Positions 9,231 through 16,967 of a stretch of 64,000 nucleotides of DNA are shown here, one piece after another; within the stretch, counting starts at the first letter, position 1, and each line of letters begins with the position of its first letter. Source of the DNA: an uncultured virus (IMG/VR IMGVR_UViG_3300022923_001281) (taxonomy: Duplodnaviria; Heunggongvirae; Uroviricota; Caudoviricetes); the IMG/VR virus record IMGVR_UViG_3300022923_001281; one strand, written 5' to 3'. The notes beneath the pieces are model-generated. The model ran no database searches. It saw only the letters and a program-made list of their open reading frames with translations, and was not told the origin of the DNA. Position numbers and translations under genes: made by a program.

Positions 9231-10733
9231 ATGCGGCACATCATAATATTCAATCAAAGTATAATGGGAAGAAGAAGCAGCGGAGCATACAAGGCTGCGG
9301 AAAGTTTTCGTGACCGTGGATTTGATACAGAAATTGTAGAATTTTTAGAACATTGGAACTTTGAAGATTTAAAAAGTTATCTAAGAAAAATAATTCATCA
9401 CGATACTGTTGGTTTTGGATTTAGTTATACATGGATGACTAGCGGTAAAGTCAGAGAACTTACAAGTTGGCTACAAAATAATTATCCAGGTAGAAAATAC
9501 TTTGCTGGAGGCCAACAACCTTTTCAAGAATACGAAGGATTCGAATTAGTTTGTACAGGATTTTTTGAAAAGGCTGCTGATGATATCATCGATTATCTTT
9601 TTAATGATAAAAAAGAACCGCCAAAACACAAAATGATACACAACGGTAGAACTATGTTGATAAATGGTGATACTGACTATCCGTCTCATAGTATGCCAGA
9701 CTTGACTGTGCGTTACTCTTACAGTGATTATATATCACCACATGAAGCACTGACAATTGAGTTAAGTCGTGGTTGTAGGTTTAAATGTAAATATTGTAGC
9801 TATGCTTTTTTAGGATTGAAAAACAGCACATACAGAAACAAAGAAAATGTAAAAGCAGAATTAATTTACAACTACGAAACCTATGGAACTAAAAATTACA
9901 TTATAGCTGACCCTACTGTAAACGATGACGATGACAAGTTACGCATGTTGGGAGAGGTAGTATCGGAGTTACCCTTTGTGCCTAATTTTTCAGCATTTGT
10001 TAGAGTTGATTTAGTTGTAGTTAGACCTTACCAAATGGAACTAATGGCAAAGGCACGTATTTGGGCACATTTTTATGGTGTCGAAACCTTTCATCCAGCA
10101 GCAGCTAAAGCAGTTGGTAAAGGCATGCCGCCACAAAAAATAAAAAAATGTCTAAAAGATATGCGTAAATATTTTTTAGATCATCTTGGATTGTATAGAG
10201 GAACAATAGGATTAATTGCTGGATTACCAGGGGAAGATAAAAAAAGTTGGCAAACCACACAGCGTTGGATGAAAAAACATTGGAAAACAGAATCATGGCA
10301 TTGGTGGCCTTTAGATATAACAGATGATAGCGACAACGATAATATCAACAGCTTGTTCAGTCGTAATCCAGAAAAGTACGGTTATCGTCCTATGAAAGAC
10401 AAAAATAAAATAGATCTTATCAAACATCAGTTTTCTCAATTTGGTAAACTTACACATCATAAAGTAGACGATGAATACTTTTTTTGGCAAAATGATACCA
10501 CTGATTTCTACGAAGCAGTCTACTGGTGTAGTGAAATGTTCCAACCTGAAAATATTTTTACCTATGATGGAAATTTTTACTTAATGAATAGATTAAGTAG
10601 TGTTGATAAGTTACAAGATGCTTTAAAATTAAAACTTAACATATGGGATGGCAAAACAATAGATACATCTACAGATCCTGAATCTCATACAATTTATGTA
10701 AAACGCAAGATAGAAAGCAAGCATAACCAATGA
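9231..10733 (+). CDS. B12-binding-type radical SAM protein
   Basis: SRGCRFKCKYC (CxxxCxxC), GVETF, IAGLPGE. Confidence 0.85.
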   Translation: MRHIIIFNQSIMGRRSSGAYKAAESFRDRGFDTEIVEFLEHWNFEDLKSYLRKIIHHDTVGFGFSYTWMTSGKVRELTSWLQNNYPGRKYFAGGQQPFQEYEGFELVCTGFFEKAADDIIDYLFNDKKEPPKHKMIHNGRTMLINGDTDYPSHSMPDLTVRYSYSDYISPHEALTIELSRGCRFKCKYCSYAFLGLKNSTYRNKENVKAELIYNYETYGTKNYIIADPTVNDDDDKLRMLGEVVSELPFVPNFSAFVRVDLVVVRPYQMELMAKARIWAHFYGVETFHPAAAKAVGKGMPPQKIKKCLKDMRKYFLDHLGLYRGTIGLIAGLPGEDKKSWQTTQRWMKKHWKTESWHWWPLDITDDSDNDNINSLFSRNPEKYGYRPMKDKNKIDLIKHQFSQFGKLTHHKVDDEYFFWQNDTTDFYEAVYWCSEMFQPENIFTYDGNFYLMNRLSSVDKLQDALKLKLNIWDGKTIDTSTDPESHTIYVKRKIESKHNQ

Positions 10734-11515
10734 GAGTTGATCAAAAAACAAACATGTTTCAATTAGCTTGCTACATAGGCGGACCATTGGTGTTGATTTT
10801 TAACTTCAACGCAGCATACTTATTTGGTTCGTGGTTATTTTCATGGATAGTAGTACATGTTGGAATCAGTATGGGATTACACCGTTGTTTTTCACACAAA
10901 TCTTGGGAACCAAAAAATAAGTTTATTCTTGTGGTGTTACATTTCTTGTCTGTAATTAACACAGTTGGTCCTAGTATTCCGTGGACTGCTACACATAGAG
11001 TACATCACAAATATTCAGACACTGATAAAGATCCGCACTGTATTAAAGATTCTACTGTATGGCAAAAATTTAAATTATGGCATAATTTTGTTCCTTATCA
11101 TCATGTAAGTCCAAGGATAGTGATTGATTTACTAAGAGATCCGTATCATAAATTTTTTAACAAGTATTATTTTCATATGTTAGTTGGCTGGGGACTGTTA
11201 TTATTTGCTATTAGTCCTGACCTGTTTATGTATGGATATCTAGTAAGCACAATGTTTTGTTTACATACCATATCGTGGATTACAGTAGGTGCCCATATGT
11301 TTGGCCATAAAGATACTGACACACACGATGATTCTAAAAACACATTTATTATGGGGTTATACTCTTGGGGAGAAGGCTGGCACAACAATCATCATGCGGC
11401 GCCATGGAGTTATGCGTTTGGATGGAACCGTAAGCAACCTGACTTTGGCAAATGGTTGATTGAAAAATTAGCAAAACCTGATTCGCTTAAAGGTGTGAAT
11501 TATTATGATAAATGA
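10730..11515 (+). CDS. membrane fatty-acid desaturase (delta-9 type)
   Basis: His boxes HRCFSH, HRVHH and GEGWHNNHH; TM segments. Confidence 0.92.
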   Translation: MRVDQKTNMFQLACYIGGPLVLIFNFNAAYLFGSWLFSWIVVHVGISMGLHRCFSHKSWEPKNKFILVVLHFLSVINTVGPSIPWTATHRVHHKYSDTDKDPHCIKDSTVWQKFKLWHNFVPYHHVSPRIVIDLLRDPYHKFFNKYYFHMLVGWGLLLFAISPDLFMYGYLVSTMFCLHTISWITVGAHMFGHKDTDTHDDSKNTFIMGLYSWGEGWHNNHHAAPWSYAFGWNRKQPDFGKWLIEKLAKPDSLKGVNYYDK

Positions 11516-12149
11516 AATTGTATCTTCGGGTAGAGTAAGATTACATGTATTTGATCATGACAATGTTGAATTTGAAAAAGTAAGACAACAGTGCCTACAA
11601 GAAGATAATTGGCTACGTGAAAATTACACAAAAGATCGTTGTGTAATTGAAGATCACAAATTGTTTTGGATCGCTTACTTAGACGACAAACTTTGGCATT
11701 TCAGCGGTTTGCTTGAATTATCTCCACATGTAGCTAGAATACTCAACAGAACTTATATGTTTCCTGAATGGCGTAGTCCAAGACAAATTACATATCATCA
11801 TGATCAACTAGCTAACCATGTAATTCCATTGGTAGAACAAGTGTTAGGCTTTGAATATGATTTACTGTTTTTCAGTATGCAAAGACGCAAGCGTGGATAT
11901 CAAATTGAAAAACAACCTTGGTGGGAAAATGTTAAACGTAGTTGGATGAGCGTCACAGACAAATGGCAATCGTTTGATGATGGGCTAGTTAGAATATATC
12001 CAGACGAACAAGAAAGTTGTTATCAAAATGTGATTTATAAAAGCAATGGATATACATTAAAGGACTGGGGTCCGCGAATTATTACATATAATGAATATAT
12101 AGAAAAATTTTACAAAAAAGATGAAGATTTTTTTGTTTCTTGGCAATAA
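11505..12149 (+). CDS. hypothetical protein (possible GNAT-like fold)
   Basis: 214-aa coupled ORF; ARILNRTYMFPEWR resembles a GNAT motif A region. Confidence 0.55.
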   Translation: MINEIVSSGRVRLHVFDHDNVEFEKVRQQCLQEDNWLRENYTKDRCVIEDHKLFWIAYLDDKLWHFSGLLELSPHVARILNRTYMFPEWRSPRQITYHHDQLANHVIPLVEQVLGFEYDLLFFSMQRRKRGYQIEKQPWWENVKRSWMSVTDKWQSFDDGLVRIYPDEQESCYQNVIYKSNGYTLKDWGPRIITYNEYIEKFYKKDEDFFVSWQ

Positions 12150-12154
12150 AATGG

Positions 12155-12183
12155 TTGACAACGGTGTAATAGTTTGCTATATT
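12155..12183 (+). promoter_or_regulatory. sigma70-type promoter (extended -10) upstream of the structured RNA
   Basis: TTGACA-N17-TATATT with TGc. Confidence 0.8.
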
Positions 12184-12210
12184 ATAAACATAACAAAGAC
12201 GACGGTCCTA

Positions 12211-12402
12211 GTTAGATAGTGCAAGGAAACGATGCTTACCCAGGCATTAACTTGACTCACACGCTGTGGTGGCGCTGTAAGACTTTGGAGACAAAGCATT
12301 GCAGAAAAAGTAGGATTAACCATTCTATTGTGAGGTTCCGTGTTGTTTTGAGCCTGATGGGGCATAACGCGGTTGTTGGTAATCAGTAGTCCAACCTATC
12401 AC
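12211..12402 (+). ncRNA. large structured ncRNA, possibly manA-motif-like
   Basis: Helices seen: GATAG/CTATC, ATGCTT/AGGCAT, CTCACA/TGTGAG, CTGTAA/TTGCAG capped by CTTTG-GAGA-CAAAG, CCGTGTTGT/ATAACGCGG, GTTGG/CCAAC; no credible ORF; higher GC than flanks. Confidence 0.7.
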
Positions 12403-12403
12403 A

Positions 12404-12411
12404 TATAAATA
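12404..12411 (+). promoter_or_regulatory. T4-type late promoter TATAAATA
   Basis: Exact T4 late consensus just before the leader-peptide SD. Confidence 0.6.
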
Positions 12412-12429
12412 CAACGAAGGAATTTTAAC

Positions 12430-12492
12430 ATGTTCAAGACTAACACAATATGTATAATATGTTGGCCACCAGGAGATTGGGGTATGTCTTGA
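12430..12492 (+). CDS. putative attenuator leader peptide MFKTNTICIICWPPGDWGMS
   Basis: GAAGGA SD at 12416-12421, ATG 12430, TGA 12490-12492, followed by an intrinsic terminator. Confidence 0.65.
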   Translation: MFKTNTICIICWPPGDWGMS

Positions 12493-12520
12493 CATGACTT
12501 TATAAAAAAGTTATTTCAAC

Positions 12521-12555
12521 AGCCCCTAGCATTAAATTTGTTAGGGGCTTTTTTT
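12521..12555 (+). terminator. intrinsic terminator / attenuator
   Basis: AGCCCCTAGCA/TGTTAGGGGCT 11-bp stem followed by a T tract. Confidence 0.85.
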
Positions 12556-12557
12556 AT

Positions 12558-12633
12558 AACTACACTACACCTTACTGCAATAAGGTGTCGTTGCAGAGAC
12601 AGAGGCCTCGAAAGGGCTAAAGATAGTGTAGTT
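12558..12633 (+). ncRNA. compact multi-stem RNA with kissing loops, function unknown
   Basis: AACTACACTA/TAGTGTAGTT closing stem; CACCTTA-CTGCAA-TAAGGTG hairpin whose loop is complementary to TTGCAG (12591-12596); GCCTC-GAAA-GGGC hairpin. Confidence 0.6.
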
Positions 12634-12650
12634 TTAAAAAAAGTTTTTAA

Positions 12651-12735
12651 GCAGGTGCGCTACAGTCGGAGAGGTAGGCTGGTCTCCAAAACCAGTGCGT
12701 TAGCTGAGCGAGTTCGAATCTCGCCACCTGTGCCA
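12651..12735 (+). tRNA. tRNA-Trp(CCA), atypical long variable arm
   Basis: GCAGGTG/CACCTGT acceptor, CTGGT-CT-CCA-AA-ACCAG, 12-nt variable region, GCGAG-TTCGAAT-CTCGC, G73, CCA end. Confidence 0.85.
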
Positions 12736-12737
12736 AT

Positions 12738-12815
12738 CGGGGCTTGGGAAAGTCTGGTCAATCCGCCTGTTTTGGGAACAGGAAATCGCTGGTTCGAATC
12801 CAGCAGCCCCGACCA
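12738..12815 (+). tRNA. tRNA-Pro(TGG)
   Basis: CGGGGCT/AGCCCCG acceptor, CCTGT-TT-TGG-GA-ACAGG, encoded CCA. Confidence 0.93.
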
Positions 12816-12821
12816 AATAAT

Positions 12822-12896
12822 GCGCTTGTAGTTCAGTGGTAGAACCGTCCGCTCATAACGGATCAGTCGGGAGTTCGAATCTCTCCGGGCGCACCA
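12822..12896 (+). tRNA. tRNA with CAT anticodon (elongator Met or lysidine-type Ile2)
   Basis: G1-C72 paired and no GGG/CCC anticodon stem, so not an initiator; TCCG-CT-CAT-AA-CGGA; encoded CCA. Confidence 0.9.
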
Positions 12897-12918
12897 TATT
12901 TCCTTAATAAATATTGGC

Positions 12919-13071
12919 ATGTTCAAAGCAACCAAAGAAACTATTTGGCATCTCACATGTATAAAATGTAAAAACTGGTTCACATATGCTACAATGGAAA
13001 AAATGTGTATAGACAGGTACACGTTTCATTGTCCACATTGTGGATCAAAGGGTAAAGTTACTCCGGAGTGA
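12919..13071 (+). CDS. 50-aa zinc-ribbon protein (not in ORF track)
   Basis: MFKATKETIWHLTCIKCKNW...HCPHCGSKG; two CxxC pairs; TAAATA 5 nt upstream of the ATG. Confidence 0.7.
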   Translation: MFKATKETIWHLTCIKCKNWFTYATMEKMCIDRYTFHCPHCGSKGKVTPE

Positions 13072-13073
13072 TA

Positions 13074-14279
13074 ATGTCAAAATGTATTGTACCATGGACG
13101 CAAATTGAAATTTGCGCTACAGGATTCTGCCGCCCGTGTGCTGAATATGGAACTGATTTAAAATGGGATGACGGTAAACGAATAGATTTTAATGATAAAA
13201 ATACAACTTTAGATAAAGTTCTTAAATCAAACGACTATAAAACTTTACGTGATCAATTTAGAAATAATGAAAAACCAGAGGGCTGTAGAAAGTGCTGGAA
13301 ACTTGAAGAACAAGGATTGAAAAGTAGAAGACAGCGAGAACTAGAAGCGCATGAACAACATCTTGATTTAATCTCTACAGATGAAACAAAAATAGTTTTG
13401 TTTGACATAAAGCTAGGTAACCATTGTAATTTAAAATGTAATATTTGTAACAGCGAATACAGCAAGAAATGGGAAAAAGATGAAATGGATTGGTATGGAC
13501 AAGTCATCAATCCAAGTTACGGAAAAGACTGGTTAAGCAATCCACAGCATTGGCAGGATATAAAGAAACAATGTGACAGTTTAGAAGTTTTATATCTTAG
13601 CGGCGGCGAACCCTTTCTTACTAAACATAATGACGAACTTCTTACACACCTAATTGATATAGGTAGAGCGAAGGATGTTTGGATCAAATATCATACCAAC
13701 GGAACCTATAAACTTACTGAAAAACTTATAAATCAATTTAAGCAATTCAAACGTATACAATTGATGTACAGCATTGATGATATAGGTAGGCGTTATGAAT
13801 ATCAAAGACCTCCGGCTAAATGGCATCGGGTAGAATCAAATTTTATACATGCGTTAGAACATGGTTTTATTGATACAAAAATTTGTTATACAGTGAGTTT
13901 GTTTAATAGTCTTAGCGGACAAGAGATGGAAACGTGGTGTGCTAGTGTTGGTTTTAATTTAGATAACCTAGAAGTAAATTTTGCTAGAGATCCTATACAC
14001 TATGATTTAAGTATGCTCGGCGACGAACAAAAAACTATGTTACTAAACAAACTAGGACATGGTAAAATTGATACTGAAGTATCAAAATACATTAAAAGTT
14101 CACATCAACCCACATTTGATGAGACTGGATGGCCAGTAAAATCAAAAAAAGAACTTGACAACTTGCGTAAGTATGTTATAAGTAAGGTAGACAGTAAGAG
14201 CAACATGTCTCTTATGGATGTCAGTCCTGAAATAGAAAAAGTGGTAAATTATGATGAAAACTTGTGTATTACAACGTAA
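13074..14279 (+). CDS. radical SAM protein with N-terminal SPASM/twitch-like Cys cluster
   Basis: CNLKCNIC, SGGEPFL, YHTNGT; N-terminal C..PW...CRPC...GCRKCW. Confidence 0.85.
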   Translation: MSKCIVPWTQIEICATGFCRPCAEYGTDLKWDDGKRIDFNDKNTTLDKVLKSNDYKTLRDQFRNNEKPEGCRKCWKLEEQGLKSRRQRELEAHEQHLDLISTDETKIVLFDIKLGNHCNLKCNICNSEYSKKWEKDEMDWYGQVINPSYGKDWLSNPQHWQDIKKQCDSLEVLYLSGGEPFLTKHNDELLTHLIDIGRAKDVWIKYHTNGTYKLTEKLINQFKQFKRIQLMYSIDDIGRRYEYQRPPAKWHRVESNFIHALEHGFIDTKICYTVSLFNSLSGQEMETWCASVGFNLDNLEVNFARDPIHYDLSMLGDEQKTMLLNKLGHGKIDTEVSKYIKSSHQPTFDETGWPVKSKKELDNLRKYVISKVDSKSNMSLMDVSPEIEKVVNYDENLCITT

Positions 14280-14672
14280 CGAACGTTCCATTACTGTAGA
14301 TTTAACAACAAATGGCGCTGTATTCAACGAATACGAAATGTTAGATTTTGAAACATCTAAAGAGTTTCATGATAAAACTAAAGCAGAACAATATTTTTTG
14401 GGTTTGAAAATTAAAGGATTCAAAGAGGCACTTGCGTCATGAAGATCTACGATCTCACAGCAGAACAATGCAAAATGCTTGATCAAATGTGGCAATGTGA
14501 TAGTGCTGAAGAAATCTATGATTTTTTTCAATCACTTGACAAAGACAAATATCTCATGGCGTTGACACTTCATGAACTGATGCTACAAGAACTCCAAGAG
14601 CAGGATGAAGATCCAAGCAACAACGTTACACAGGCACGTAATATGTTGTATGATATAGGTGTTAAATGCTAG
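14251..14672 (+). CDS. two small hypothetical ORFs (14251-14442, 14439-14672)
   Basis: Coupled ORFs; possible internal promoter TTGACA at 14155. Confidence 0.55.
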
Positions 14673-14986
14673 ATGATCACGCAGCAAATCTGTTTAAGAA
14701 AAATATAAACATGATGGTGCCATGGTATCTCATGGCATCATACGCATATTACGAACAAGATGATGCTATCTTATCAGATGGCTTCTTTGACGACATGGGC
14801 AAAACCATGTTGGCAGTTTGGGATGACATTGAACACTTCCATAAAGAACATATCACTTTAGACGATTTGAAAGCAGGCACTTTCTTAGGAAAGTATCCAA
14901 GTCGTGTCAAAGATGGACTGGCAAGTTTACGTGAAGCATACTACACAAAAAGCGGAACAGTCAGAAAAAAGCCCCATATCAAGTAA
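14666..14986 (+). CDS. stand-alone protein resembling the NAD-dependent DNA ligase N-terminal (Ia) subdomain
   Basis: ASYAYYEQDDAILSDGFFD resembles the LigA YY..D.P.ISD..YD motif. Confidence 0.6.
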   Translation: MLDDHAANLFKKNINMMVPWYLMASYAYYEQDDAILSDGFFDDMGKTMLAVWDDIEHFHKEHITLDDLKAGTFLGKYPSRVKDGLASLREAYYTKSGTVRKKPHIK

Positions 14987-15024
14987 CTTTGATAAAACAA
15001 TAATATATAGTTACAGGAGGTAAC

Positions 15025-16203
15025 ATGGCAAAAGGTGTAGTTAAACGTAAAAAACCAAGAGCAGCACGTAAGGCAAACGAATGGGAACTGATCAAAGAAG
15101 ACTGGCCTTGGCAAAAAGCTCAATACTATATCCATTATGAAATTGACAGTAAACAATGGTTAGTAAAAGTAAAAGATTATATAAAAGCAAACTATGATAA
15201 AAAAGTAGTTAGTGCTATTAATAGACTTCCGGATTGGAAAGTAGGCGGCAAAAGTCATTATGCTACAGCAGCACATTTTGAAACACATTGGCCGGACAAA
15301 GTTATTGAAGGATACAAGGGCGCATTAAATCGCTGGATACTAGGGTTGGCAGAAGAAGGTGCCAAAATAGTAGAAGAAAAGAAAGCAGAAGAAAAAACCA
15401 AAAAGAATGTGTATGTGCCAAGCATACAAGAACGTATCCGCGAGCAAGCAATTGATGTTTGCGAAGACATAGACACATGGTTAGATGGTTTTATCACTGA
15501 CAAGAAAAACTTTGATCCTAAGGGATTTGACTTTGCTAAACATTTTGCCAAGCACAAAGTAACACAAGCACATGCTAGAAAAATAATTGGTTTTTATGCT
15601 GGCGAACTTGAGGAAGCAAGGGTAATACAAAAGCTGCCAACGCCTGGTGAAATCAATCGTTGTAAGGACGAGTTTGAAAAAGACCAATTACAGCAGCTAC
15701 GCGAAGGCTACAGCCACCTTACTAAAAAGGACGCTAAAGCATACTTGACAGCATTAGAGCTGCTACACGGCGCTTGTAGCGTGGTTATAGACGCTGCTAA
15801 AGCAACACGTAAGCCACGCAAGAAAGTAGCGCCTAGCAAAGAGAAATTGGTAGCCAAAGTCAAGTATTGTGAAAAAGATGATAAGCTACAATTGGTTAGT
15901 GTTAATCCGTTAGAACTGGTTGGCGCTACAGAAGTTTGGGTATACAATATCAAGACACGCAAACTAGGCAAATACATCGCAGATGAAGCTGCTACAATAC
16001 AAGTAAAAGGCACTACACTTTTATATTACAATGAAAAAACCAGCATCCAAAAAACCCTACGCAAACCTGCCGAAACACTCAAAGAGTTCAAACAAGCGGG
16101 CAAGGTCCAATTGCGTAAATTTATGGATAACATTAAAACAACTGATATAAAACTAAACGGTAGGCTAAACGCAGACACAATTATTCTAAAGGCAACACAA
16201 TGA
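15025..16203 (+). CDS. conserved hypothetical myophage protein
   Basis: AGGAGG SD; 392 aa; C-terminal VWVYNIKTRKLG...KTLRKP...NGRLN. Confidence 0.75.
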   Translation: MAKGVVKRKKPRAARKANEWELIKEDWPWQKAQYYIHYEIDSKQWLVKVKDYIKANYDKKVVSAINRLPDWKVGGKSHYATAAHFETHWPDKVIEGYKGALNRWILGLAEEGAKIVEEKKAEEKTKKNVYVPSIQERIREQAIDVCEDIDTWLDGFITDKKNFDPKGFDFAKHFAKHKVTQAHARKIIGFYAGELEEARVIQKLPTPGEINRCKDEFEKDQLQQLREGYSHLTKKDAKAYLTALELLHGACSVVIDAAKATRKPRKKVAPSKEKLVAKVKYCEKDDKLQLVSVNPLELVGATEVWVYNIKTRKLGKYIADEAATIQVKGTTLLYYNEKTSIQKTLRKPAETLKEFKQAGKVQLRKFMDNIKTTDIKLNGRLNADTIILKATQ

Positions 16204-16535
16204 ACAAGGTAGCAGATACTGTGGCAGCTCTAAAGGGCATCCCCACACGAGAAGAATTACAAAAACTATTAGTTGAAGAAGTGGTTTACATTACGTTTAA
16301 GAAACTGGATGGTGCTGAACGTAGAATGCAAAGCACACTAATACCAAGCATGTTACCGCCAGCACAACGAGATGACAAACTTAGTCAAACCAAAATACGC
16401 AATCTAGAAGAAAAGGTATTTGTGGTTTGGTGTGTGGATCGCAGTGCTTGGCGCAGTTTCCGCTATGACAGAGTTACAGCAGTAGAAGTAGATCATATGT
16501 ATGGCAATGGAACTGAAGACACTGCCAATTATTAA
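16200..16535 (+). CDS. WYL-like SH3 beta-barrel protein
   Basis: ITFKKLDG..R.M..TL...WRSFRYDRV. Confidence 0.7.
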   Translation: MNKVADTVAALKGIPTREELQKLLVEEVVYITFKKLDGAERRMQSTLIPSMLPPAQRDDKLSQTKIRNLEEKVFVVWCVDRSAWRSFRYDRVTAVEVDHMYGNGTEDTANY

Positions 16536-16575
16536 CTCTGTATATTAAGCAATATGTTAGCGCAATAAATACTGT

Positions 16576-16890
16576 ATGAAAAATATTACACTTGAAGCAT
16601 TGGAGCGTCAAGTATTGTTATGGAATCGAGCAGCAATACTGGCGCCCATTTTTTTTACTGGCTTGCTTATGGTCGCTTGGCTACTGAGTTTTTGTAGCAC
16701 ACAAACACTGTTCTTCATTGCTTGTGGATTGTATTTCCTCACAGCAGTTATTTGGTGGTGGTGGACAATGAAAAGTATCCATATGTTGGTAAAGATTTTG
16801 TCTAGCACAAACAAGGGTATAAAAGAAGTTAGTGTAGAACTTAAAAATATTCGAGAAGAACTAAAGGTTGACAACCAATCTGATAACTAG
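16576..16890 (+). CDS. two-TM membrane protein (holin-like), apparently leaderless
   Basis: Two TM helices + coiled coil; TAAATA 4 nt before the ATG. Confidence 0.65.
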   Translation: MKNITLEALERQVLLWNRAAILAPIFFTGLLMVAWLLSFCSTQTLFFIACGLYFLTAVIWWWWTMKSIHMLVKILSSTNKGIKEVSVELKNIREELKVDNQSDN

Positions 16891-16896
16891 TATTAT
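16868..16896 (+). promoter_or_regulatory. sigma70-type promoter for queD
   Basis: TTGACA-N17-TATTAT. Confidence 0.75.
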
Positions 16897-16903
16897 AAAA
16901 CTA

Positions 16904-16962
16904 AGAGGACTAATGTGTTCGCCCCTCTATAAACATTCCGCACACTCCAGTAGCCAAGGAGT
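16904..16962 (+). promoter_or_regulatory. candidate riboswitch (preQ1-I-like H-type pseudoknot + anti-SD hairpin)
   Basis: AGAGG/CCTCT stem, A-rich ATAAA linker, loop TGTGT pairing with GCACA, ACTCC/GGAGT covering the SD. Confidence 0.5.
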
Positions 16963-16967
16963 ATAAT

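Noticed and set aside
12489..12517. TTGACA overlapping the leader stop codon as a separate tRNA promoter
   Set aside because: The matching -10 (TATTTC) is poor, and it lies upstream of the terminator, so it would not bypass it.
12177..13022. ORF-track entries 12177..12365(-), 12538..12831(+) and 12660..13022(-)
   Set aside because: They overlap the structured RNAs and tRNAs and lack credible RBS; treated as spurious.
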